Shown: in pieces, positions 33,497-43,870 of the stretch
Layout: each line of letters opens with the position of its first letter
How positions within the stretch are numbered: position 1 is the stretch's first letter
NCBI GenBank assembly: GCA_963665325.3
Contig: CAXXWS020000003.1
Coordinates: forward strand, 736,001-800,000
Source: Alphaproteobacteria bacterium
Lineage (GTDB): Bacteria; Pseudomonadota; Alphaproteobacteria; Bin95
Reading direction: 5' to 3'
Length of the DNA: 64,000 nucleotides
The notes under the pieces: generated by a model
Told to the model about the DNA's origin: nothing
The model's input: the letters and a program-made list of their open reading frames with translations, nothing else
Database searches by the model: none
Program-made: the position numbers and the translations under genes

Positions 33497-33676
33497 TTGC
33501 TGGTCAATCCCGCCCGTTTTTTCAGGTACCGTATCGGTACCTTTTTGTTTCCAAGCGGTGCGCACCCACGCGCACGGACCGCCGGGGCCAGTTGCAGCCC
33601 CCCTGTGCCCGGTTGAAGGCCCGGGCTTCAAATGTCGCGCCAGCATCGAAGTGGGCCAACCAGGTATTCATGGGGT

Positions 33677-34663
33677 TCAGGCTGCTTTGCGGAGTTGATC
33701 GCGGCACACGGTCAGCGCCCTGATCTTCAGATCGTGACCGCTGCCGAACCAGACGCGTTCGAGACGCGCCTCGGCTGATGCCGAGCGCGACGATCGATAG
33801 TCCTCATCCCGCGTGATGGCATTGTACAAAGCCCACAAGGTATTCCTTGTCCTGGAGGGCGTGACGGTGTCGTCATCGAGGATGTGTTTGATCCGACCCC
33901 ATCGCTCCGGCCTCAGTCCGTGCTTTTTCTGGTGCTCGGTGCGGGGAAACAGGATTTCGAGAATTGTATCTGTATGTTCGGCAGTAAGGGTCTTCAGCGC
34001 CATCTTGCCGAACACCGTCCCAGCTTCCTTGAATGCTTTCTCGATCACGCGCTTGAGTTCCGTTGTCTGAGCGGCGGCAAGATGCTGGGCGACATTTCGT
34101 GTGTGGCGCACCGAGATTGCGCCGACGCCGCGCTGCATCGCGAAGTTGAGCGTATTCTGGCAGACCACGCGGATGGGTGTGAAGCGGATGGAGACCGCGC
34201 CGCTCCCGTCATGGCTGTTGGACAAGAGAAGGAAGCGATCGACGATGTCATCGCCTTCGATCACGATCTGATCGTTCAGCTTGGCAAGCACCCAGACCCG
34301 TTCGCCGTTGCCAAGCGCGCCGGCGGTGTGGAACTTGGCGTACTTGCCCTTGACGAACGGCTCGAAGAACTTGAAGGCCTCGGTGTTTTGAAGCGGTTCG
34401 TATCCCGAACCGACCATGCCGAGCGCCACCGCATCCGTTTCTTCACCGACCGGATCTCGCATGATCAGATAGCGGTCATGGAGTCCGCGCTGCTCGTTGA
34501 CGATCCGTGCCCCCGGAGCGGGCTCTTTCGCAACCTCCCAATCGAGCCCGGCAGCCTGGCACATCTCTCTTGCCGTGACGGTCGAGGCAACGGCTTCGCC
34601 GAGCCTATGCCAGGGAACATGGCCGACGAATGCCATTCGGCCGCGGAACAGGTTATGTGCCAC
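33677..34663 (-). CDS. DUF932/DUF945 phage/plasmid-like protein
   Basis: PWHRLG, AGLDWEV, YEPLQN.EAF.FF, TAGALGNGERVW, NSHDGS, TPIRVVCQNTL, TLWALYNAIT. Confidence 0.9.
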   Translation of the reverse strand: MAHNLFRGRMAFVGHVPWHRLGEAVASTVTAREMCQAAGLDWEVAKEPAPGARIVNEQRGLHDRYLIMRDPVGEETDAVALGMVGSGYEPLQNTEAFKFFEPFVKGKYAKFHTAGALGNGERVWVLAKLNDQIVIEGDDIVDRFLLLSNSHDGSGAVSIRFTPIRVVCQNTLNFAMQRGVGAISVRHTRNVAQHLAAAQTTELKRVIEKAFKEAGTVFGKMALKTLTAEHTDTILEILFPRTEHQKKHGLRPERWGRIKHILDDDTVTPSRTRNTLWALYNAITRDEDYRSSRSASAEARLERVWFGSGHDLKIRALTVCRDQLRKAA

Positions 34664-34694
34664 GCCCAGTTCCTCCTACTCTGTCGGCGAGCAT

Positions 34695-34740
34695 GGTGTC
34701 CCAATCTTCTCCGATTTCTCACCAGGATCGTAGTCTATGC
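34695..34740. repeat. 46-bp upstream motif, copy 1 (copy 2 at 37191-37236)
   Basis: GGTGTCCCAATCTTCTCCGATTTCTCACCAGGATCGTAGTCTATGC versus GGTGCCCCAGTCTTCTCCGAATTATCAACAGGGTCGTAGTCTACGC: 39/46 identical. Confidence 0.85.
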
Positions 34741-34889
34741 CAGGTGCCACTGTGCGGCCACCCTTGGGCCAGCCTGCCGGCCGCGAGTCGGGTCTGACAG
34801 CGTCCGGTCCGACCGCCAGGCCGAGTTGTCAGGATGCAGAGCGACTGAAGGAGATCGAACGGCCTACCCCGGTCGCGCTCGGCACCCGG

Positions 34890-35060
34890 GTACTGGCCGG
34901 CGACCATATAGCGGCAGCCGACCTTGGTCGTCCAGCGGACGCACGCCAGGAGACTGTCGACAGCCTTGTGGGCGCACTCCGGCTCATTGGCGGGTTCGAT
35001 GCCGAGAATGAGCCGGGCCATCTCGTCCTTGCTGACACCTTCCCAGCCGGTGGGCATGGC
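34890..35060 (-). pseudogene. DUF2285-like fragment
   Basis: EGVSKDEMARLILGIEPANEPECAHKAVDSLLACVRWTTKVGCRYM resembles the C-terminal half of DUF2285 proteins. Confidence 0.5.
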
Positions 35061-35142
35061 GCTGGCGCTGGAAGATATCGGCTGGGGCACCGCCGATCAC
35101 TGGATGCGGATGCAGTCAAGCTACGTACTTGCGCAGGTGTGA
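35045..35142 (+). pseudogene. HigA antitoxin C-terminal fragment
   Basis: MALALEDIGWGTADHWMRMQSSYVLAQV resembles the HigA C-terminus (MALRL...GTA..W.RMQ..YDLAQ). Confidence 0.6.
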
Positions 35143-35312
35143 CCCGACTGGGCTACTGCCGAACGGCGCGCGCTGCACGCATGATCCAGCCTCGCGCTGT
35201 CTGTCGCGCTCCGCGAAAACGCACGACTCCATCAAACAGGGGCGCTTTCTGACCGTCACCTACAGTGTCCGCTTCCGGCCAACGACAGGCTGTATAACGC
35301 GCGTCGCGGCTG

Positions 35313-35445
35313 ATGCGCCTGTCGTGGATGGAGGTTCGCCCCCGCTGACGCCTTCGCCGAAGACTGGAAGGCCGCGGCTTACGAGAAGGGCGAAACGCAG
35401 AGCTTCAACTACGCCTTCTTCGACGTGTGTGGGGTGATCGGCATC
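35313..35445 (+). pseudogene. MmeI-like N-terminal fragment
   Basis: ATG 35313 gives MRLSWMEVR, then a frameshift in a C-run, then ADAFAEDWKAAAYEKGETQSFNYAFFDVCGV. This is a typical MmeI-family N-terminus. Confidence 0.7.
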
Positions 35446-35563
35446 CAAAGTTGACTCCACGGCATCAGTGACCATTGAACCATGGGCCGACTGGTAGGGG
35501 ACTTTGCCGAGGCCGGACCGCATGGCGATCCAGTTCCCCGGTCCAAGCCTTCCCGGGGCCCCG

Positions 35564-37009
35564 TCATCCCGGGCCGCCCTCCGCGGCGGCTTCGAGTGCC
35601 ATATCCGCAATGTCGACCAGCGCGTCGGCGCGCTCCGGGCTCTCCGCGACCGCGGCGGCGGCTTCCAGGGCGAAGAGGATCGCCTCCCCCGCGCCGTCCC
35701 GATCGCCTTCCCGAGCCTGGTACCTCGCGATATTGACGAACGTTCGGGCGCGGGCCCGGGCGCACACAATCTCGCGGGCTGTCTCAACCGCGTCGCTGAC
35801 AGCGTTACCCCAGCACAGGCCGTCGCAGATGTCGGCGAGCAGGCCATCGTTTCCGCCATCGCGCGACAACCGCCGCGCCGTCGCACGGGCCGCCCCGGCC
35901 TCGCCCGCGATCGCCTGCGCCACGGCGATATCGCTGACAACATCCCCATGCCATCGGCCGTCGACCGCTTCCCGCTTCGTCGCCTCCCTCGCCGCGGAGA
36001 TCGAACGCAGCGCCCCGACCCTGTCACCGGTCCGCGCCTTCGCTTCCGCAAGCTCGCACAGCGGGCCCACGCGGCAGCGCTCGCCGACGATCCGGCAGAT
36101 GGCGCGATACGCCTCGGCCAGCAACGTTGCCGGCTCCACGAGATTGCCCAACGCGGGTTGATTGCGCGCGATATGGCACAGCGCGTGCGCGCGATCACTC
36201 TTGTCTTCGGCTAGCCTCGCGACCGAGACCGCCTCGGCAATCGAGCGTGCGGCGCCTGGGAGGTCTCCGATCGCCACCTGGGCGCGACAGATTTCGACCA
36301 TCCACAGGGTTCGATCGAACTCGTCCGCGACCTGCCGCGCCGCCTCCACGGCCTCGACAACCAAGCCGGCGGCACCGGAGCTGTCGCCCGTCTTGCCCTG
36401 CGTCCGGGCGATCTCGGCCAGCCGGAGGGCGCGCTCGTCGCTCCCCGCGATAGCCCGCGCAGCGACCAGGGCTTGCGATACCTCGCCCGCCGCCGATGCA
36501 AGCCGAGCGATCCCATCAAGTACCCGGTCCCGAGCCCGACCCTGGGGACACCGTTCGGCGAGCGCGACGGCAGCGGCGACATCGCCCGCTGCCGCCTCCG
36601 CCATAGCGAGCTCTGTCAGCGCGCAGACTCGGGCTTCCTCCACCGGCCCGGGCGCGATCGACGTGAGCGCCTTGGCGGCCGTCTCCCGCCACGCCTGCCA
36701 GTCCCCGGTCTTCGCCCAGGCACGGGCAATTCTGGCAAGCGCGAGCGCGTGTGCGTCGTCGTCGTCGATGTCCCGGGCCGCGACAAGCGCCATCGACAGG
36801 GCACCCGCGCTGCCCGGCGCGTCGCCCGTCCGCTGCCGGAGCACCGCGATTCGCACCAGAACGGCAACTCGCCTGGCGCGTTCTTCGATGTCCCCCGCCG
36901 TGCGGAAGGCTTCCTCCACGGTCGAACGGACCGCCTGCCGCGAGACGGCCTTCGGCATCGCGTCGCCCGCCGAAACGGACTGTAGATCCTCGTCGGAGCG
37001 CTTCGTCAT
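35564..37009 (-). CDS. alpha-solenoid (TPR-like) repeat protein
   Basis: About 12 repeats of 33-40 aa with consensus R..AL..IA.AQA..GD...A....A..AAR. Confidence 0.8.
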   Translation of the reverse strand: MTKRSDEDLQSVSAGDAMPKAVSRQAVRSTVEEAFRTAGDIEERARRVAVLVRIAVLRQRTGDAPGSAGALSMALVAARDIDDDDAHALALARIARAWAKTGDWQAWRETAAKALTSIAPGPVEEARVCALTELAMAEAAAGDVAAAVALAERCPQGRARDRVLDGIARLASAAGEVSQALVAARAIAGSDERALRLAEIARTQGKTGDSSGAAGLVVEAVEAARQVADEFDRTLWMVEICRAQVAIGDLPGAARSIAEAVSVARLAEDKSDRAHALCHIARNQPALGNLVEPATLLAEAYRAICRIVGERCRVGPLCELAEAKARTGDRVGALRSISAAREATKREAVDGRWHGDVVSDIAVAQAIAGEAGAARATARRLSRDGGNDGLLADICDGLCWGNAVSDAVETAREIVCARARARTFVNIARYQAREGDRDGAGEAILFALEAAAAVAESPERADALVDIADMALEAAAEGGPG

Positions 37010-37190
37010 TGTTCAGCCCGGTGAACTTTGCACAGGGCGTCGGCAGCGGCGTATTGCAGGCAACGCGCACCCTCCCCGGTCTGTGTCGTGCGCCATAACT
37101 CCGGGCCGGGTGCGCTTCCCGATCCCGGCGTTCGGCGAGTGTCTTGCCGCGCTCACCGGCCGACTTCAGCAAATGAGTACGTCACCTACA

Positions 37191-37236
37191 GGTGCCCCAG
37201 TCTTCTCCGAATTATCAACAGGGTCGTAGTCTACGC
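37191..37236. repeat. 46-bp upstream motif, copy 2
   Basis: 39/46 identical to 34695-34740; same orientation relative to a minus-strand gene. Confidence 0.85.
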
Positions 37237-37304
37237 TCACTGCTCGGCAACATCGAAATCCTTCGATTCCCCAGGAATTCGGCCCGATGGCCCATCTTCT
37301 GCGG

Positions 37305-37886
37305 TCACAGGCTGGCAGACGGCCCCTCAAGGGTCGCCTTAAGATCCTCGGGTGCCGGACATGCGGCCTCGACCGCGCGCCCGAGTTCCGCAACGCCGCA
37401 GGAAGTGGCGATTTTCTCCAACTTGGACAGTCTGATGCTTTTCTGGCCGGCCGGTAGGGACCGTTCAGCCACGACAAAGAACCGCCACTGCCCAGGATCG
37501 CGGTGGTCGGCATGTTCGTCCCGCCGCCCGTGCCAGGCGAATACATACAGATCCGCCTGTCGACCCGGACGTTCAATCCACCGGAACCCCTCTTTCGGCC
37601 AGTACCCCCTGCGCAACGCAATGTCGAAATCAGGATTCCGGCGCGGCCTTTCGGATTCCCGGTCCCAGGATTGCCTCGCTGCCGCCTGTTTGATCTCAAG
37701 CCTGGCCCCGGAAGGAACATGCACGCAATCCCAAGCCGCCCAATCCCAACCGTCCTCCCAAGTCAGCCTCCAGGCCGCCCCGAGTGCGGACGCGATCATG
37801 CATTCGATGTAATCGCCACGATCCACGTTGTTCATGATGGGTCGGTCGTACCGGCGAATGAGCATATACAAAATGCGCTTGTGCAT
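37305..37886 (-). CDS. putative PD-(D/E)XK restriction-endonuclease-fold protein
   Basis: RGDYIECMIA.ALG...WD.....GARLEIKQAA..QSW...FDI...RQADLYVF gives an E...D...E-I-K pattern. Start taken at MHKRIL. Confidence 0.65.
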   Translation of the reverse strand: MHKRILYMLIRRYDRPIMNNVDRGDYIECMIASALGAAWRLTWEDGWDWAAWDCVHVPSGARLEIKQAAARQSWDRESERPRRNPDFDIALRRGYWPKEGFRWIERPGRQADLYVFAWHGRRDEHADHRDPGQWRFFVVAERSLPAGQKSIRLSKLEKIATSCGVAELGRAVEAACPAPEDLKATLEGPSASL

Positions 37887-37918
37887 CGCGCCTTTCCGGG
37901 CATATCGGCGCATTCGAA

Positions 37919-39577
37919 TCAACCCTTTTCCGATTTGCTCAATACCTCGTTGACCCGCTTCATGGAGTCGCAACAGCTGTCTACAAGTTGAGTGTAGTGC
38001 TGCCTGTAACCACCGTGACTCTCGAAGGCCTGTTCCTTCAAGCGCCGTGCCTCCTGCCCCGCCGCATGCGCGAACTTGCTTCTGTGATCCCGCAGCTCAC
38101 GAAATGGGCGAACAACGGCCGCTGCGCCGTCCTTTCCGACCCCATGTCCCATCAGGCACTTCTCGAGCAGGGTGATAGACCGGTCGTTGTCGTTCAGCGA
38201 CGCCCCAAGTTCCTTTGCGTGCCTGCGCAGCCACCGTTCCTCTAATCCCTCTACGATCAGCCGGTCCAGCCGCTGAATCTCGTTGCGCCATTCGTCGTTC
38301 GATCCGGTCACCGGGTAGTGGGCCCACTGTATCTCATTTTCCGTCCTCAGCTTCCACCAAGGCACTTGTAATCCACTGACCGCCTCCTTCAGGCTTGCCA
38401 GCGGGTTGTGTTCGAAAAATGAAAAATTGCCCTGAAAGTCGGTCTCAAAGGCCCTTTCCGAAATGGGCGCTCTCGGCCGTTCGTTGAACGCCTTCCAGTA
38501 CAGTTGCTCCTCGTGCGGAAGTTGTGCCAGGTAAACCAAGTATGTATGAACCTGATTTGCTTCATTGATATCGTAACTTTGTAAATGCCACGCTCCGCGA
38601 CAGTCGATTGAACGCGCGCTTAATTTATATTTTTCCGTGTCGGCCTTGAATCTCGATAAGACTTCCGACCGAAAGAAAACAGGACTCATCCCAAAAGGCA
38701 AATCGGATTCCGTAAAGTAGTTGGACAGTGCATTCGGAGAACAGGATATCTCTCGTATCTCGTCATTTTTCCAATTGAACGCCAGATAGGTTTCGTACTT
38801 CTTGTGCGTCTCTACGGATTCGCTATGACTGGCCGAGACAGGAGAGAGTTGAACTCCTCCAGCCCAAATCAAATTCCCGTTCTCTTCGCGACACCGGTAC
38901 AACATCCCGCCTTCCGCTTCCTGTATGGATAAATTGATTGGCGAATTGTCCGGATCGGCAAAGTCTATCAGCAGAGCTCTTGACGGTACAAAATCGAACA
39001 TGAACAATAATATGGAATCGGTCATTTCTGCATATTGCGCGAGGCAGTCGTGCTGTATGAGGACAGCCATTTCTCCCGAATCCGTATCCCTCTCAGGCCG
39101 TTCGATCACCTTTACAACTTCCTCTATATCGCCATGCCTATCCAGACGACACCAGGCATTGGGTTCCCGCATGTGGTGCAGATCCAAGACATGTATGAAC
39201 TTCTGCCAAATCTCAACGTAGGGTTTCTTTTCCGGTATTCCGGAAAAGGAACGGAGGAATACAATCTGTTCTCCTGAGGCGATACCGCGATTTCCGAACG
39301 TGGAAAGTGGCGGACCAATGCGGTTCTCGAAGCCAATACTCCAGGAATCAAAGGGGTTACCGTGCCAATTCAGCAAGTCATCGATATTGCGGGAAGTCGC
39401 TACCGCGCGGGGTACCAGCACCCCATGAAGGAACAAGTGTCGGACGCTTGCATAGAGGGCGATATGGTCGCTGCGGACGTTATCGTTCAGGAACTGAATG
39501 AAGTCGGCTTTGGTACAGGGGGAGTTGCCGACTGAGGGATCGGCAAGAGTTCGCAGCCTGTTCAGTATTTTGCTCAT
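37919..39577 (-). CDS. AT-richer hypothetical protein with C-terminal HEPN-like Rx4H motif
   Basis: 552-aa ORF; SPVFFRSEVL..., LP.EEQLYW..FN, and helical C-terminus with ELRDHRSKFAH. Confidence 0.7.
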   Translation of the reverse strand: MSKILNRLRTLADPSVGNSPCTKADFIQFLNDNVRSDHIALYASVRHLFLHGVLVPRAVATSRNIDDLLNWHGNPFDSWSIGFENRIGPPLSTFGNRGIASGEQIVFLRSFSGIPEKKPYVEIWQKFIHVLDLHHMREPNAWCRLDRHGDIEEVVKVIERPERDTDSGEMAVLIQHDCLAQYAEMTDSILLFMFDFVPSRALLIDFADPDNSPINLSIQEAEGGMLYRCREENGNLIWAGGVQLSPVSASHSESVETHKKYETYLAFNWKNDEIREISCSPNALSNYFTESDLPFGMSPVFFRSEVLSRFKADTEKYKLSARSIDCRGAWHLQSYDINEANQVHTYLVYLAQLPHEEQLYWKAFNERPRAPISERAFETDFQGNFSFFEHNPLASLKEAVSGLQVPWWKLRTENEIQWAHYPVTGSNDEWRNEIQRLDRLIVEGLEERWLRRHAKELGASLNDNDRSITLLEKCLMGHGVGKDGAAAVVRPFRELRDHRSKFAHAAGQEARRLKEQAFESHGGYRQHYTQLVDSCCDSMKRVNEVLSKSEKG

Positions 39578-40285
39578 CGATCAAGGATCCCATCCTGTCT
39601 TCGTTTCCACTCCCGGCGAGGGGCCGGTCATGGTTCATAGGATCCGCGACGTTGTCCGGATGCCTGACCGCGAGCCGCGGCGACAGCACGGCTTTCTCGG
39701 GGCCGCCCATAGCGGAGTCGCGGTCTGCCCGCCAGCCGTCGCGGCATTCGCCTCCAATGCGGCAGAGACCGTAATTGGCCTGAGTATACCGGCGCGGGAT
39801 GCAGAATCTCGGTCAAGTAGAGCGAACCGTTCCCCATGGCCGGGCACACACAGCCGACCTCGATGACGGCCACGAGGGAATGGACGCGCGTCAACTCATC
39901 GGCCGTCCGGGTAGTCATCATTGGCCGGGACTGAATTCTGAGTACCCTGACCACCGTATGACGAGGATAGGTTCATCATTGTCCTGCTAGTCAGCCGGGA
40001 AATATTTGCGTCTAGCCTCATGCCTTCTGCTGTTGCCCTGGCTGGTGCAGCGATCCAAAACACCGTTCTGATGGTAAGCTACGATGTACACTGTTTACCA
40101 GACCGTCGGCGGGTGAACCGGTTTCCAACTCGAAGCCAGCCCGTCCGGTTCACCCCGCGCAAGAAAGACGCTGGAACGTCTGGACCTTGAAATATAAGCT
40201 CTCGTCGTCCATCAGGACACCATGAGTCCCTTCGCAATAGTCCCTGTTCCGACATCGTCACGCTACATCAGCGATCCCCCGCTTC

Positions 40286-43200
40286 ATGCATGAACTGCTT
40301 CGCACCGCAACTGCCGAGCTGGCCGCCTTTCTCGCAGCTAACCTACCCGGCCTCGGAGAAGGCTGGTGGGAAACGCATGTCGTCGACCGCCTGAGCTTCC
40401 AGCAGCAGCGCACCGTGGAGGAACGCGGGTTCACCAAGCTGGGACAACTGGATTTCGCCGCACTGCTGCGAATCCTCGACCAGAATTGGTACGAGCTCTC
40501 CCAGGCCCTCAATGTCCCGCGCGAGGGGCGCACCTGGGTCAGGGAACTGCAATCCGTGCGCAATCGATGGGCGCACCTGTCGGCGGCGCCGGTTCCTGCC
40601 GGGGATCTGTACCGCGATGCCGATACCCTAGCCCGCGTTCTGGGCATGCTTGGTGCCGCCCCGGCAGCAGTCGAGGCGGCAGAATCGGCGAAACGACATG
40701 CCCTTTCTGACTTGGCGGCGCCATCCGACGCGCCCCCGAATTCCAAGCCCGATACCGCGAACAACGTCCCGCCAGGCGGCCCGGCAATCCCCGCCGTCGC
40801 TTCACACACCACGACGACGATGTTCAGGGTCGGCGATCTCGTGGCTTTGCGCTCCGACCCGGACACTGTAGTGCCGATCATCGGTGTCACGGCCGGCACC
40901 GCCGAGACCCGCTACCAGGTGTTCCAGGACAGCCGTCAGGCCGCCTACTACGAGAGCCAGCTCCTGCCCCTTGAGCCCGCCGACGAACCTTCCCTACTCA
41001 GCGCCCGCGACCTGCGCGCCCATCTGACCAGCCTGCATCTGCTATCGCTATCCACCGCCAACCTGTATTCGCTGCGATCCGGACGCGTTCACTTCGTGCC
41101 TTATCAGTATCGCCCCGTTGTGAGATTGATCCGGGCCGACCGGCCGCGCCTGCTGATCGCCGACGAGGTGGGCGTGGGCAAGACGATCGAGGCCGGACTG
41201 ATCATCAAGGAGTTGCGGGCCCGGACGGACATCTCTTCGGTTCTGGTCATCTGTCCAAAGGCACTTGTGACCGAACGCAAATGGTTCGTGGAGATGAAGC
41301 GTTTCGACGAGCACTTCGAGGCGCTCGACGGCCGGACGCTCCGTCACTGTCTGCGGGAAACGGACCTGGAAGGCGAATGGCCCGACCGCTATGCCAGGGC
41401 CATCATCCCGTTTTCCCTGTTCGATTCGGACCTGCTATTCGGCAAGGAGGGAAGAGGATCGCGGGCCAACGAAGGGCTGCTCGGCCTCGATCCGCCGCCC
41501 AGGTTCGATCTCGTGATAGTCGACGAGGCGCACCACATCCGCAACGCGGACACCTATCTCCATCAGGCGGTGCGCTATTTCTGCGACCACGCTCAGGCCG
41601 CCGTCTTTCTCACCGCCACTCCGGTGCAGCTCGGCAGCCGGGACCTCTTCACCTTGCTGAACGTTCTGCGACCGGATCTCGTTATCGACCGTCCGAGCTT
41701 CGAGCAGATGGCTGCGCCCAACGGGTTCATCAATGCAGCCGTGGGCCATTGCCGCGCCGGAGTGGATCGCTGGCAGGTCGAGGCCCGCACATGCCTGGGC
41801 CACGCCGCCCAGACCGAGTGGGGCCGGCTGTTCCTGCGAGAATCGCCGGCATTCCAGGACATCTACGATCGCCTGGCGGAGGAACAGATCGACGATGCCA
41901 GCCGCATCCGCATCATCCGGTCGCTGGAGGAGCTCTATACCTTCAGCCCGATGATCAACCGGACCCGCCGCCGGGATATCGGGGAATTCACAACCCGCCG
42001 GCCGGAAACGCTGACGGTCGAGTTCACGCCCGACCAGCGCCGTTTGCATGACGACCTGCTTGACGTCGTGAGCCGCATCCTGGCGCGGGCCCACGGCGAG
42101 CAGAACGTCAAGTTCATGATGACCACGATCCGTCGGCAGGCGGCGAGCTGCCTCTACGGCCTCGCCCCCCTGTTGCGCGAAATGCTCGCCGGAAAACTGG
42201 ACAGCCTCGAAACGATGGACGAAACCGACACCGAGGCCCCTGTCGATGCAGTCTTCCTTGCCGAGATCCGGGCCGATATTGAAGCGCTCCTGAAGCACGC
42301 CGATGATCTCGATCCCCTCGACCCCAAGGTGCAGGCCTTCGTCAGCGTCCTGCGAGACAAGGACCGGATGGCCAACAACAAGGCGCTGGTCTTCAGCACC
42401 TTCCGGCACACGCTCGCTTATATTGAAAAGCACGTCGCGGATGCGGGGCTGCGCTACGGCCTCGTACACGGGGCCGTTCACGACGACCAGCGAGCCCACC
42501 TGCGTCGCCGATTCGCCTTGCCGAAGGACGATCCGGAGGCCCTGGACGTCCTGTTGTCCTCTGAGGTCGGTGGCGAAGGCCTCGACTTCCAGTTCTGCGA
42601 CCTGCTGGTCAACTACGATCTGCCGTGGAACCCCATGCGCATCGAACAGCGTATCGGGCGTATCGACCGCTACGGCCAGCAGAGCCAGAGTGTCGCCATT
42701 GTCAACCTGGTGACGCCCGGCACGGTTGACGCGGATATCTACGAACGCTGCCTCATGCGCATCGGCGTGTTCCATCACGCGGTCGGCGGCAGCGAGGAAA
42801 TTCTCGGCGAGATCACCCGGGAGATCCACAACATCGCCGACAGCTTCTCGCTGACGCCGGAACAGCGTGCCGAGCGCCTGCAGCAACTCGGCGACAACAA
42901 GATCCGCCAAGTGCAGGAAGAAACCGCGCTTGAGGAGAAACAGGCCGAGCTATTCGGCCTGACAGTCCCCAACCAGTCCTGGCGTGAGGAGATCGCGGAA
43001 GCCGAGAGCTTCTGGCTGTCTCCGGAAGCCCTGCAACGGTGCGTTACCGCCTACCTGGCAGGCGTCGCGGAGACCGATGGCGATTTTCTGCTTGGCGAAA
43101 AACCCCTCAAGACTCTGCGTCTCGGCCAGAAGATCCGGGCCAGGCTGCTCGGCGACCTCCGCAGCCAGCCCCGATCCACCGACCCTGTCGCCCGGCAATG

Positions 43201-43870
43201 GGAAAAGTGGCTCAGAGGCGCCGACCCGTTGTTGCCGGTCACCTTCGACCACGAAACTGCTGCCGCCGAGCCCAAGGCCGTCTATCTCAACGTCCTGCAT
43301 CCCCTGGTCAGGCAGGCGGCGCGGCACCTGCAACGTTCCCAAGCGGTGCAGGTGAGTCTGATCGCCTCAAGCGAAGCTGTCCCACCGGGCGAATATCCCT
43401 TCGCCCTTTACCAGTGGCGCAATGTCGGCATTCGCTCCAATGACACGCTGATGGCGGTCACCTCAGACCCCGAGCTCGACAGCGCAGTGATGTCCCTGTT
43501 GGAAGTCGCGGCCGACGCGCCCACCGGCACCCCACCCGACGCCGCTGCAATCGAACGGCTCGACAAGAGGCACCACGGTGAATGGCGCGCCGCGCGCGCA
43601 AACCATATGGCGGAGAACCGGGAACTCGTTCAACACCGACGGCAAAGCCTGAGCACCAGCCACGGGGCCCGATGCAAGCTGTTGGAGGACCAGATCGGAA
43701 CCGCGACGAATGACAAGATTCGCCGGATGAAGGAAGGTGAATTGGCGCGCGCCAACTATGACTATGAGCACCGGGTCGCCGAGTTGGAGAGGCTGGCGGA
43801 AAGCGCCGACATCCACGCCACCTTGATCGTCGAAGGCATGCTTCGAGTCACGCGGGACGACGTGGCGTGA
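40286..43870 (+). CDS. Swt1-like HEPN fused to SNF2/RapA-like helicase
   Basis: N-terminal LDFAALLRIL..NW...ELQSVRNRWAH (HEPN Rx4H). SF2 motifs LIADEVGVGKT, IVDEAHH, LTATP, LVFSTF, GGEGLDFQ, WNPMRIEQRIGRIDRYGQ. Confidence 0.9.
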   Translation: MHELLRTATAELAAFLAANLPGLGEGWWETHVVDRLSFQQQRTVEERGFTKLGQLDFAALLRILDQNWYELSQALNVPREGRTWVRELQSVRNRWAHLSAAPVPAGDLYRDADTLARVLGMLGAAPAAVEAAESAKRHALSDLAAPSDAPPNSKPDTANNVPPGGPAIPAVASHTTTTMFRVGDLVALRSDPDTVVPIIGVTAGTAETRYQVFQDSRQAAYYESQLLPLEPADEPSLLSARDLRAHLTSLHLLSLSTANLYSLRSGRVHFVPYQYRPVVRLIRADRPRLLIADEVGVGKTIEAGLIIKELRARTDISSVLVICPKALVTERKWFVEMKRFDEHFEALDGRTLRHCLRETDLEGEWPDRYARAIIPFSLFDSDLLFGKEGRGSRANEGLLGLDPPPRFDLVIVDEAHHIRNADTYLHQAVRYFCDHAQAAVFLTATPVQLGSRDLFTLLNVLRPDLVIDRPSFEQMAAPNGFINAAVGHCRAGVDRWQVEARTCLGHAAQTEWGRLFLRESPAFQDIYDRLAEEQIDDASRIRIIRSLEELYTFSPMINRTRRRDIGEFTTRRPETLTVEFTPDQRRLHDDLLDVVSRILARAHGEQNVKFMMTTIRRQAASCLYGLAPLLREMLAGKLDSLETMDETDTEAPVDAVFLAEIRADIEALLKHADDLDPLDPKVQAFVSVLRDKDRMANNKALVFSTFRHTLAYIEKHVADAGLRYGLVHGAVHDDQRAHLRRRFALPKDDPEALDVLLSSEVGGEGLDFQFCDLLVNYDLPWNPMRIEQRIGRIDRYGQQSQSVAIVNLVTPGTVDADIYERCLMRIGVFHHAVGGSEEILGEITREIHNIADSFSLTPEQRAERLQQLGDNKIRQVQEETALEEKQAELFGLTVPNQSWREEIAEAESFWLSPEALQRCVTAYLAGVAETDGDFLLGEKPLKTLRLGQKIRARLLGDLRSQPRSTDPVARQWEKWLRGADPLLPVTFDHETAAAEPKAVYLNVLHPLVRQAARHLQRSQAVQVSLIASSEAVPPGEYPFALYQWRNVGIRSNDTLMAVTSDPELDSAVMSLLEVAADAPTGTPPDAAAIERLDKRHHGEWRAARANHMAENRELVQHRRQSLSTSHGARCKLLEDQIGTATNDKIRRMKEGELARANYDYEHRVAELERLAESADIHATLIVEGMLRVTRDDVA

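Noticed and set aside
39600-40280. Short ORFs between the divergent defence-like operons
   Set aside because: No convincing motifs; possibly degraded sequence plus promoters, but I cannot support a call.
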